NCBI RefSeq assembly: GCF_006345805.1
Contig: NC_043015.1
Span: forward strand, 25,172,001 to 25,236,000
DNA from: Octopus sinensis
Taxonomy: Eukaryota
Length of the DNA stretch: 64,000 nucleotides
Direction: 5' to 3'
Part shown: piece by piece, positions 27,461-38,780 of the stretch
Numbering within the stretch: the first letter of the stretch is position 1
How the letters are laid out: each line of letters opens with the position of its first letter
Position numbers and translations under genes: made by a program
Notes under the pieces: model-generated
Database searches by the model: none
Told to the model about the DNA's origin: nothing
Seen by the model: the letters and a program-made list of their open reading frames with translations, nothing else

Positions 27461-28699
27461 ATAAAGTTAATTTCTGAAAATGCAAATTAAAAATTTTTGA
27501 TGAAACATCATTGAAATGGGGAAACAAAATACATACCTAAAAATAAAATAAAAAGGAAACAAAATAACTGAACAAGGAATGAGATCCTGTTAAATGAAAT
27601 ATTATTATGTGAATAAATTGAAATGTGAATAATTAAGCTAGAACAAAGAATAAATAACAGGAAACACTAGAAGGAGAGTGAGAACAGAGAGGGAGAGAAA
27701 GAAAAGGGGGGAAAGATAGAGGGGAGGGAGATTGAAGAGAGGGGAGAGAGAGGGAAGATAATGTGCGTGTGTGACGGAGAGAGATAAAGAGAGGAAGAGA
27801 GAAAGAGGAAAGAATTTCACTTGATGAGGATGTCAACATGTTTGGAGATATCGTTCAGCTGTTGTCTTTTCACTTGATTCAGTCAATTGACTACGGCCAT
27901 GCTGGGGCACCACTTTGAAGTGTTTAGTGGAAAAGATTGACTCCAGTACTTATTTTATCAATCTCTTTTGCTAAATTACAGGGATGGAAACAAACCAACG
28001 CCAGTCATCAAGTGGTGGTGAAAAAAGCAAACACACCCAAACACACACCCGTATCAACATTGCATAATCCCTGTCTCCCATTCTAACATGTTTTGCATTG
28101 TTCAACAGGAGCTGAGGATCCAGAGGACTGTGCCAGGCTCCACTGTCTGCTTTGGCATGGTTTCAATGGCTGGATGCTTTTCCCAGCACTTTTTATGTGG
28201 CACCAACACTGGTGAGGTCACCTGGTAACCTGCAAGACAAGACTATTCAACCAAGGGCTGCTTACTATTGATGGACGTGACTTCATTCAAGTTGATGAGA
28301 ACTTAAAGTATTACAGAAGGATAGAAACAGGTGTCTTGCAGTTGAGATGTGTGCTTACTTCAATTGGAAGAGGAGAGATGGTAAAGAGGCATTAAGGCAT
28401 ACCCTTAAGTTAGAGGAAGGTGAATGTAAGAGAAATAGTCCTGAGCAAGGTGAATGGGTGGGTAAGTCTGTGACTGCTTGAAAGGAGAGTTGATAATGGA
28501 AAGAGATGGAGACAGAGGTGAGAGCAGTGAAGAGTGAACAGGAGTGGGAGTGTGATCAATGGTGAAGGAGAGAGGATGGAAGAAATGGGTTTAGGAAAGG
28601 AAGGTGATGGCTGACAGCACACATGAAGGGGTATGTGGGTGGTGAGCAAGAGATGCAGAAGAGACACTTCAGGGACAGAGTGGGTCAGGGGAATTGATG

Positions 28700-29040
28700 T
28701 AAGGGATATGCTTGCAGAGCCTCATTTGTGCAATTTGCTCTTCTCAGCAAGTTGCAAATAATCTTGGTCTTTTGTCATCTCGTCTGTGAGACTCAACGAC
28801 TGGAGGCTATTTTTCACTCCTTCATCTCAAACCTTCTTGGGTCTGCTTCTTCAACAGGTTCCATTCGCATTGACACTTCTTTATGTAACTCTCCCCATCC
28901 ACACACATCATATGACCAGTGTGACTTTGCCTTGCACAATGATGTTACTCTCATACAGCAGAGCATGCTCGTTTCATCCCTTTCTAAACTTTGCCTTTCC
29001 TCTGCATTCATGGCCCACATTTCACAATCATTTTGTAAAA
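28700..29040 (-). mobile_element. Old RTE ORF C-terminal fragment
   Basis: WAMNAEERQSLERDETSMLCCM resembles WAVTAEDMRKLARNEASMLRWM of the intact RTE. Confidence 0.65.
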
Positions 29041-30149
29041 GACAATATAAGTATGTTGGGAAATTCTAATATTAATATAATAATATTTACATAATAATAT
29101 TAATATAGTCTCAAGTACAAGCATTTATGTAACTGGAACAGATTTAGTCTCATGTGGGGTTGGTATCCCAAAAGTTTAAGCAATTTCAACGTATATATCC
29201 TATATTTTCAAAATGTTTTAACGGAGGAAGGTTTACATAATAGATGAATTCCCTGTTATATACTACACAAAACTTAAGTGTAAAACATCACTGCTATGGT
29301 TTGACTTCAAGATTACAACAATACATGTGTGAGTGCGTGTGTATCCTTCCATCAGGCTTCCACACAGTTTCTATCTACCAAATTCACTCACAAGGCAGAC
29401 CTGGGACTGTAGATAAAGACACTGGCCCAAAGTGCCACACAGTGGGACTGAACTCAAACCAAGCAGTTTCAAACCAAGCTTCTTAACCATGCAGCCATAA
29501 AAGTATCTGTAAGAACTCTTATGAATCTAATCACCTCCACAATGACATTTGTGAAAGGTTGATTTCATGCCAAACTCTAGTCAATCTTTCAAGTATAGAA
29601 AGCAACAATTTGCTATTCAAATCTCTGTGTGTGTGAACACACATGTGTTGTGTGTGTGCGTGTGTGTTTGTAACTGTTTCTATTCCTTTATATATCATAT
29701 ACAATATTGTAGGAAAATTAATAATAGTCATTTTCAAAAAAATTTTTTCTTTATTAATTCTTTTGTGGTTAGATTTTTAATGAAACAGACTGTCAACGTG
29801 TTTCAATAAATTTCAAAAATCAAAATCAAAAATAAATTTCAAGGAATTAGTAATTCGATTTTGCATTATTAATGCTTTGTGTTATATATTCAGATTCTCT
29901 ATATCCTGAGTTCAAATCCTGCTGAGGTCAACTAAACTTTTTGTCCTTCCAAATAAAATACCAGTGAAGTACAGAGGATAATCATATCAATTAACCCCTT
30001 CTCGCACCTTGAAATTGCTGGCTTTGGGCCTAAATCAGAAACCATTATTAATTCTTTTACCATTTACTTGTTTCAGCTCAAGAGCTGTGGCAATGCTGGT
30101 GCACTGCCACTAACTGTGCTGCATTTTCACTACTTGAAACCTTCTCTGA

Positions 30150-30500
30150 CCTGCAGCATTTGATGAATGAAGGAGTTTAAGGTTGCTATCCTCATCAACA
30201 TATCCTGCCACAAAGTAGGCTCATCTGGAACTCTTCATAGGAAGAAATACAGTTTTGCTTTGAAAACATCTACATCCACCCATGTGGGTCTCATAAGCTT
30301 TTGGGGGAGAATATTGAAGTGTTCTGGGCCATTGAAACTCAAGATTCTGCAGTATCTGGTCCTATATTTGATGGTGATGCATTGGCACAATGCAGTGGTA
30401 CACTGTTCTGCTGTTTGTGTAACTTTTAATGCCAAAAGTTTGGTACAAGTCCTTCCAAGACATCTTACACTCCAAGTTCAAAACCTGCAAACATCATTGC
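30150..30500 (-). mobile_element. CR1/L2-type LINE 3' fragment
   Basis: LSFNGPEHFNILPQKLM...DVDVFKAKLYFFL followed by VPDEP, typical of CR1-group C-termini. Confidence 0.6.
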
Positions 30501-31603
30501 CTTTCATTCATCAGAGTCTAATAAAAATAAAGAACCAGTCAGAGACAAAAATACTGGCAGTGACTAACCCACCCACTATCCTAGAAATTGCTTGCTTTCT
30601 GCCTAAATCACAAACAATTCTTAAGCTGGAGATTTCTAATATAAATTTCAAAAAGGTTTTTACATAACACTGTGCTGCAAGATTTTCATATAAAAGATAG
30701 TGTGACTGCTTTCAAACGTGAGCTTTTATATGACCAGACAAGACAGAGTCTCATGTGGGGATAGAGTTCAAAAGTTTAAACAATTTCAACAGTAGCACAT
30801 TGTCAGAACTGGATAAAATGCCTTGTGGTGCTTATTAAATCCATTTAACTTTACTGTCTGGGCTCAAGTTTCATGAGGTTATGAATAATATACCCTTTGA
30901 CCATTGGAAACTTAATGCTAAGATATTTATGTTGTTGTTATTTAACCCAGATCCGTTCTGGCCAAGCATACTTGTCAGCAAAGATATGCCAATCACAATC
31001 ATCTCATATTTTGCCTACGTTTGATGGAATCAAACCAACTCTTTTTTAAGATGATAGGATGTGAATTAAGGGAAATTGGTTACTATTTTTATGATGAATG
31101 ACACATAGCACTTTTTGAAATAGAGTGGAGAGGATTTGAACTTGGAGTATTAAGGGGTGTAATTAAATAGCATAATGTAGTTGTTTTAATGCTCTGCTGA
31201 TTATGCAAATAACTTCTCTAATTGTATTTCAATATCATTTTCTAATACCTGCTTTATTAAGTTCATTTCTTAACTATGTAGAAGAGAAAACTTACAATAT
31301 TTTAAAGGTAATTATCAAAATGGTAGTATTTAGTAAGGATCTCTGATCTTACATTTAGATAATTTACTTAATTGTTGATGTTTTTCAGGACAAGATTATT
31401 TCAATGCTTATATATTCAATGCATTGTGTTCCTTACATACTTGTTTTCTTAGAAAGTGTGCAAGAGTTTTAAATTTTGGCCAACACACTAATTCTTGGGG
31501 AAATATGACTGACAGTTCATGATTTGGGCTTTTAAAAATCATATTCTGATTCTGTTCACCAAATATTTATCCCCCTACATCACTCAGACCTGCCAGACTG
31601 TAA

Positions 31604-31639
<36 letters not shown>

Positions 31640-32777
31640 GCAAATACATAAATACCATTATCAAAAGTAGATCAAGATGGCAAGCAGAAATTATTGAATT
31701 CACATTCAAAATAGATTAATCCATTATTTAGTAAATTATAACTATAAATTCTTCGAAGTTTTCCAGTTTGGATGTTGTAAACTTCAAGAAATTGATGGTG
31801 AAAATGCAACTTATTTATGAGAGGAAAGTATGAAAAATTTTCTTATCTTTTGTGTAATTAATTGTGTTTCTGATGGGTAATGGGAGATAAGAATGATTTC
31901 TAATTGTAAATAGTGAGAAAGTGTCTTGTTTGTGGGGAAGTCATCAATTTGTTCCAAAATATCAAAGACAAGTGTCAAGATAAGGAACTTAGAGTTACAC
32001 AGAAATAGATTGGAAGAATAGAATACAAGGAATGTTTCTAAAACAAACACACACTTAAAATACCACAGATGATCTGAAATACCATCATCATCATTTAATG
32101 TCTGTTTTCCAATGAGACTCCTTTCTACCATAGGTACAAGGCCTGGAATTTTGTGGTGGGTGGAGGGGGATATTTGATTACATCCACTCCACTACTTGAC
32201 TGCTATTCATTTCATCAACCAAAAAAATGAATGGAAGCTAAAGGTGAGCTTGGTGGAATTTGAACTCTGAACATAATGTGTCAGAAATAGGAATAATAAT
32301 GATGATGATGATGATGTGACACACTGTTTTTACGTCCTGTTTTTGTCACATTTATTCCTTGTTTTTACCCCTCTGCAAAGGAAATTTATTTAATTTTTTC
32401 GCAGGAAGGACTAGTTCGATGAGACGTGTTCTGTCCTCACCTTCGAAACACGCTGGAGTTGAACTAGGGACAGCTGATGAAGGGGATTTTTCCTTGTGTA
32501 GTTGTCTTGTACTCTGTTTTTTCGTTGTTAAAAAAATGGTCCGTTCCATGCTGTTTTTACTTTTTCGTTTCTCATTGAGTTCTACGTCTATTTGTGGTGT
32601 CCTGTACACACGTATATATATTTATATATGCATGTATATATACATGTAGATGTAGGTACGTACATATATGTTTGTATGTATGCATATATTTTATTTATTA
32701 CACTATTGTATGACTGAGCGCCCTCGCGTCGATTCGATTTGTTTCGGTTCGTTTCGTTTCTTCTTCTTCTCTAAGCT

Positions 32778-32821
<44 letters not shown>

Positions 32822-32904
32822 ATATGTTTGCATGGATATATATATATATAATATATATACATACATATATATATATATATATACATACATATATATATAT
32901 ATAT

Positions 32905-32935
<31 letters not shown>

Positions 32936-32940
32936 ATATA

Positions 32941-32972
<32 letters not shown>

Positions 32973-32992
32973 TACATATATTATATATATAT

Positions 32993-33037
<45 letters not shown>

Positions 33038-33050
33038 TATATATAGTGAA

Positions 33051-33770
33051 GCCATAACCCGTGGCCCCTACCTGAGACGTAGTCAGTCCGCCTGTGCATA
33101 CCTTCCTGCTTGTGACACTTGTGAAGACCTGTTGAGGCAAATCAAATCAAAGTCAAATCGAATCAAGTCAAACCAAATCAAAATAGATGAACATCAATGG
33201 AATTTGTATCCTTGTGGTACCAGTGCCGGTGGCACATAAGAAAACCATCTGAACGGGACCATAGCCAGTACCGCATCGACTGGCCTCCGTGCTGTGGGCA
33301 CGTAACAAACACCGTCCGAGCGTGGCCGTCTGCCAGCCTCGTCTGGCACCTGTGTCGGTGGCACATAAAAACACCATCCGAGCGTGGCCGTCTGCCAGCC
33401 TCGTCTGGCACCTGTGTCGGTGGCACATAAAAACACCATCCGAGCTTGGTCGTCTGCCAGCCTCGTCTGGCACCTGTGTCGGTGGCACATAAAAACACCA
33501 TCCGAGCGTGGCCGTCTGCCAGCCTCGTCTGGCACCTGTGTCGGTGGCACATAAAAACACCATCCGGGCGTGGCCATTCGCCAGCCTCGTCTGGCACCTG
33601 TGTTGGTGGCACATAAAATCACCCACTACACTCTCGGAGTGGTTGGCGTTAGGAAGGGCATCCAGCTGTAGAAACACTGCCAGATCTGACTGGCCTGGTG
33701 CAGCCTTCGGGCTTCCCAGACCCCAGTTGAACCGTCCAACCCATGCTAGCATGGAAAGCGGACGTTAAAC

Positions 33771-33821
<51 letters not shown>
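33051..33821 (+). mobile_element. 5'-truncated or non-autonomous copy of the RTE 3' UTR with ~5 tandem 60-bp repeats and a (GAT)n tail
   Basis: Highly similar to the final 3' UTR unit at 43740-44474; embedded in (TA)n. Confidence 0.85.
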
Positions 33822-34099
33822 ATGTGAATACATATATATATATGCATGTATGTATATGTGCATGTAAGTGTGTGTGTATGTGTATATATACACACATACG
33901 CACAAAAGAAACACATGCAGATACCCAGATATATACGTAGACAGACACATATCATCATTATATATATGTTACGATATACATTTGTATTTGTTTTACATCT
34001 CAGGTAAAAAACACAAATTTATGTATCAAACACTAAATCACACATACACTTTTTTGTGTGTGTCTGTGTGTGTAAGCTGTTTTGTCTTTTTTCTATGTT

Positions 34100-34900
34100 T
34101 ACATGAATAGAACAGATCTGCTGCCTCTCAGCATTGCACCACTTGTCATCCTGCTTCATAAGGTTCAGTTTCCAAATATTAACTTTAACTACGACTTCCC
34201 GTGACATCTTTGATATCTCTCAACCACTGCCAGCTTTGGCTCACAGTATTTTTGCATTTTATCCAGCTGTTATCATCCATAAACATCGCAATCCCATAAA
34301 GTGAAATCTTCTTTCAGGCACCATACATATGATTGCTTGTATCCCCAGTTTCTCTCCTAATTCTCTTAATATGCTACACCTTTCATGCACTCTAATATTA
34401 TACAAACATTCGGTGAAACATGCTTCTTTCATTTCTGAAACACTTTTACATACTCTTCCTTTCAACAGTCATGTTTCATTGCCATGCAGCATTGTGTTTT
34501 ATTCACAAGCATCATACAATCTACACTTCCATCAAAAAGAGAAATCGTTTATGACCAAAAGAGTTATTAATGCCATGGACATTTTCCCATCCTGTTCTTT
34601 TTCTCTGACATTCCAACTTTCAGAGAATTCCAACTTATTGCCCAGTAGTTTTATTTCACATCAAACACCATCATCTTTCATGGATTCTTCCACAGAATTG
34701 AAATAGAATCTATTTCACACATACCCTTAAAAGTTAACTAATCTTCTGTTTCAACCACATACAAGGTTTTGTTTAACTGATACACAAAGTCTGATCCCAT
34801 TACATATCTTGGGCACCCATAGCTTACATTTCATACACCACCAAGAAGACTTCCTACTAATTCCTTTTCTATTTATCAAACCTGGCCATTTCCCAGAGTG
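34100..34900 (-). mobile_element. Old RTE ORF C-terminal fragment
   Basis: KGRVCKS...LRELGEKLGIQAIICMVPERR resembles the C-terminus of the intact RTE. Confidence 0.6.
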
Positions 34901-34973
34901 AAGTATATTACTTGGTTCTGACATATTCTTAGTTAAAATAAAAGCCTATATAAGTATTACTGGTTTAGATAAT

Positions 34974-35014
34974 ACTAGCATTATGACCCGGCGTTGCCGG
35001 GTCATAGTGCTAGT
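34974..35014. repeat. 19-bp-arm hairpin resembling a Helitron/Helentron-type subterminal palindrome
   Basis: actagcattatgacccggc-gtt-gccgggtcatagtgctagt, with one G-T wobble. Confidence 0.7.
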
Positions 35015-35454
35015 GCATATATATGTGTGTACATATTACATGTACATCTATATATATACATATTGTTATATTTTGGAATGGTCATTTTGCCAGTTTAGCC
35101 AATAAAAACACTATATATTTGGTGTTATTTTGTTTCAGTGTTATTTATTTTTTACACGTGTATATTTATTTTTTACACGTGTATATTTATATACACATCT
35201 ACACATAAAATACAAAATACAAAGTTATATCTTGATATCGCTAGTGATAACAATACTCAAAATATATAACAGACTGGAATTGTAGGCCCGTCTCTTGCGA
35301 TTTCAATCAATTGTATCTTGTCCTCTCTCTTGTATAGAAGTGTGGCTACAATCTAGCCTACCTCTACTTCTGGGGGTACATTTTTAATTTTTATCCAGGA
35401 CGTCCTACGTCCCAGATATAAAGGTAAAAATAAAATATTTCCACTTTGCAAGGT

Positions 35455-36000
35455 TCAAGTCGAGTACTCCCTTGCACGCTCCGTTGACTCGAACCTTGCT
35501 TCTATTGTGACAAATTTACCGCCTCTGGTTAGATACTTGATATCTTTCATAGTCACACCCAGACACTTTTCAATGGTGCTTTCCTCCAGGTGTTCAAATC
35601 TTTTTTTTTCCTCTACATTGTATACTTTATAGACAATAGTCTTTTCTTTAATTTCATTTTTTATTTCGTTTGGTGGTGTTATCCTAGATTCACCGTCTTT
35701 GTCAGTGATCAATCCGAAATAGGTTTGTATTTCTTCCATTTTAATTTTAATGAGTTCGCCGCCCACCGACGGCTGCAGCGAAATTCATTTTTGGACTTTC
35801 TTCTATCGAAGACATTTTAACAAAAATGCTTCCGTGTAAACAGTGAAAATATTGTCAATTTCCCCAAACAGGGACACAATTCAATTTTTAAACAATAACC
35901 AAAGCTCCTTCTCCCAAAGGGGGAGGGTTACGGTTTACAATTATTTAACAAATGCAACACAACAACGTTTCCCTTACGAGGAACCAACAAACTTGATAAC
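35455..36000 (-). pseudogene. 5' fragment of a related Tx1-type ORF1
   Basis: ORF 35455-35766 (...RITPPNEIKNEIKEKTIVYKVYNVEEKKR...TRGGKFVTIEARFESTERAREYST) aligns with 61098-61805 (...RLVPPPETIQAIREKMVTYKVYNIKEKR...NRGARSTTVEVHFETAEEARQIST). Confidence 0.75.
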
Positions 36001-36519
36001 AATAGTTAAACAGTAATAATAATAACAACAAACCTTACGGTGAATCAAAAAGCAGTACTCTATTGAAGCTATAGGCCTTTATGGATCAGAAATAAACCAA
36101 CAGCAGTACTCAATAGAAGCATCTGTTCGAGAAAACAGACATTACATACAGCCAAACTTCATATAGATACTTAATGCTAGCTAATTAGCAAATAATCTAA
36201 TGTAAAAGCCATGCACAGCTCCATCTGAACTATTCCATTTCTGCACTTAAATTTTATTTTTTATTTATTCCCATTCATGTGAAGCCACATCAAGTCATTG
36301 ATGCAATTTTATACCAATTGCTATTTTTACTATTAATTGTTATGTTATGATTTAATTATTATATCATACTTTAGTTTGATCTTAATTATTACTTACTACA
36401 TATAATTAAATTGTTATTATTATCTATAATTTTTATTGTTAAAGTGAAAGTACCTAACATAAAACAGAGAGATGTTTTTGTTTCACTTTTAACACGTAAT
36501 ACTGAAATAGTGGAGAAGA

Positions 36520-36700
36520 TATGATATTGCTATGGGCTCGCCCTAGGCAAGAAATTGAACATTTTTTTGCCCATGAAACTACATAGACCCTAAGTAAGGC
36601 ATGTGTAAAATTTGAATGAAATTGGTTGTGTAGTTCTCAAGTTTTAGGGAAACACACAGACAGACAACACACATTCTCAGTTTTATATATAGAGAGATAG
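36520..36700 (+). mobile_element. Helitron/HINE-like 3' terminal region
   Basis: gtgtaaaatttgaatgaaattggttgtgtagttctcaagttttagggaaacacacagacagac...ttttatatatagagagat resembles DINE-1/HINE-type 3' ends. Confidence 0.5.
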
Positions 36701-37382
36701 TTATATAATATAGCATATAACTAGTTATACTAATAATATAGATATGATATATAATATTGTGTATTAGTTTCATTATATTGTTAGTTATAGCAATATACTT
36801 ATAGTATTAAATTATTCCAGTAAATAAATAGTTACAATACTATACTGTATGATATAGTATGCAATGTAGTATATTACCTCTAGTATTATGTTAGCTATAG
36901 TAATTTAAAAACAGTATAGTACATTGCTCCAGTATATTACTAGTTATAGTAAAAAATTATAGTAATATCGTATTGTATATTAGTGCCACGTTTAGTTGCT
37001 TTCTTATTGTCAAACCTCTTTTAAATTTTAAACAAATTTCATGTCCATCTGTGCACATACACATGCACACACATTCACACATTTATCAACTCTCTCACAC
37101 ACATGTATTCCACATGTGTTGCTATAGACACAGGAATGTTAAATTATCACAGACATACCAAGCTCATATGTATAGACAGCCATTGAATATTTAACATTGA
37201 TATTTGGGACAGGGATGACACATGGACAACACATTGGATGTAGTTGTTACTCTTGCATTTTATAATCACATACATATGCTATATCTATCTATCTGTCTGT
37301 CTGCCTGCATGTCTGTCTATCTGTGTATCTCTCTCTCTCTCTATATATATATATATGTATGTATGTATATATATATGTATGT

Positions 37383-37425
<43 letters not shown>

Positions 37426-37589
37426 ATGTATGTATATGTATATAATATATATATATATTTGTATGTATATATGTATATATATATATATATGTATGTATAT
37501 ATGTGTATGTATGTATGTATATATGTATATATATAATATATATATATATATATGTATGTATATATGTGTATGTATGTATGTATTTATAT

Positions 37590-38037
37590 ATAATATCAGC
37601 TAAGTCATATTTAAGTTCACGACCTGTCCCTCTTTCATTGTTTTTGCAAGTATTATTATCACCATCAAGCCTTATTATTGTGTCCCCCATATATTATCGT
37701 TATCCTTAACTCAAATGCTAGCTGAAGCATATAAACTTTCGCTCACAAAAACTTATTCACACGACCGCAAAAAAAAAAAAACATCTCGTCTCAAATCTGG
37801 TCTTTCTGTCGCTTAATTCTCTAACCCATCTTTCCCAACTTCCACTCATAGAAAATTATGCACACGACCGCAAACCTTTCCATCTCAAATCTTGCCTTTC
37901 TTACTTTCGTCTAAATCTCGTCTTCTCCCAGTGCCCGGTGTCGTTTTTGCCCCTCTGTTATCACCATGTCTCTCTCCCTCCCTCTCTCTCTCTCTCTCTC
38001 TCTTTCTCTGCGGTGTCGTTTTCTCCCTCTGTTATCG

Positions 38038-38076
<39 letters not shown>

Positions 38077-38585
38077 TCTCTCCCTCTCTCTCTATATATT
38101 TCACTTTCACTCGCTGCCACAGGCTTCTACCCACACCTCCGCTCCCCCTCCCCTATAAAACCCTACGCACGAGGCTTGACCACCCTTATTATTGCTTTCC
38201 TCCTGGCTATAACACACGAACTACGAACCGCAGGATGATGAATAATATCAGCTAAGTCATATTTAAGTTCACGACCTGTCCCTCTTTCATTGTTTTTGCA
38301 AGTACTATTATCACCATCAAGCCTTATTATTGTGTCCCCCATATATTATCGTCATCCTTCGTCTCAAATGCTAGCTGAAGCATATAAACTTTCGCTCACA
38401 AAAACTTATTCACACAACCGCAAAAAAAAAAACATCTCGTCTCAAATCTGGTCTTTCTGTCGCTTAATTCTCTAACCCATCTTTCCCAACTTCCACTCAT
38501 AGAAAATTATGCACACGACCGCAAACCTTTCCATCTCAAATCTTGCCTTTCTTACTGCCGCCTAAATCTCGTCTTCTCCCAGTGC
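37590..38585 (+). repeat. Two ~345-bp near-identical direct repeats (37590-37934 and 38242-38585) upstream of the RTE ORF
   Basis: Both copies run from ataatatcagctaagtcatatttaag to cttctcccagtgc with only a few differences. The spacer contains (CT)n and TATAAAA at 38154. Confidence 0.9.
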
Positions 38586-38780
38586 GCAGTGCGCCCGCCC
38601 TCCCGCCCCCACCACCAGTACCGGAAGTCCTTATCTCACCTTGCCTTCCTTTGCTTTTCTTCCATGAACACCTAAAGGCCTTAAACCAATACCACCCCTT
38701 CTATATATGGTGGTGACCATACGGCGCAAAAACATGTTAGTGCAGTGTAACAGGTTGAACTTAAGTTCATTGCTTTGCTT

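Noticed and set aside
30167-30667. 166-aa plus-strand ORF
   Set aside because: It is the antisense of a CR1-type LINE 3' fragment.
32420-32500. GAAAC and CTGATGA in permuted order, suggesting a type II/III HHR
   Set aside because: The NUH triplet is missing (GCT) and stems I and III cannot be paired convincingly.
33280-33610. Regular ~60-bp repeats resembling a CRISPR array
   Set aside because: The units are wholly repeated with no unique spacers, the context is eukaryotic, and no cas genes are present.
33168-33768. Repetitive ORFs (MCHRHRCQTRLADGHAR...) here and at 42028-44429
   Set aside because: They are stop-free frames of the 60-bp tandem repeat in the RTE 3' UTR, open on both strands and in several frames.
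38160-38240. Possible HDV-like ribozyme at the RTE 5' region (ttcctcc)
   Set aside because: P1 and P3 pairings could not be built.
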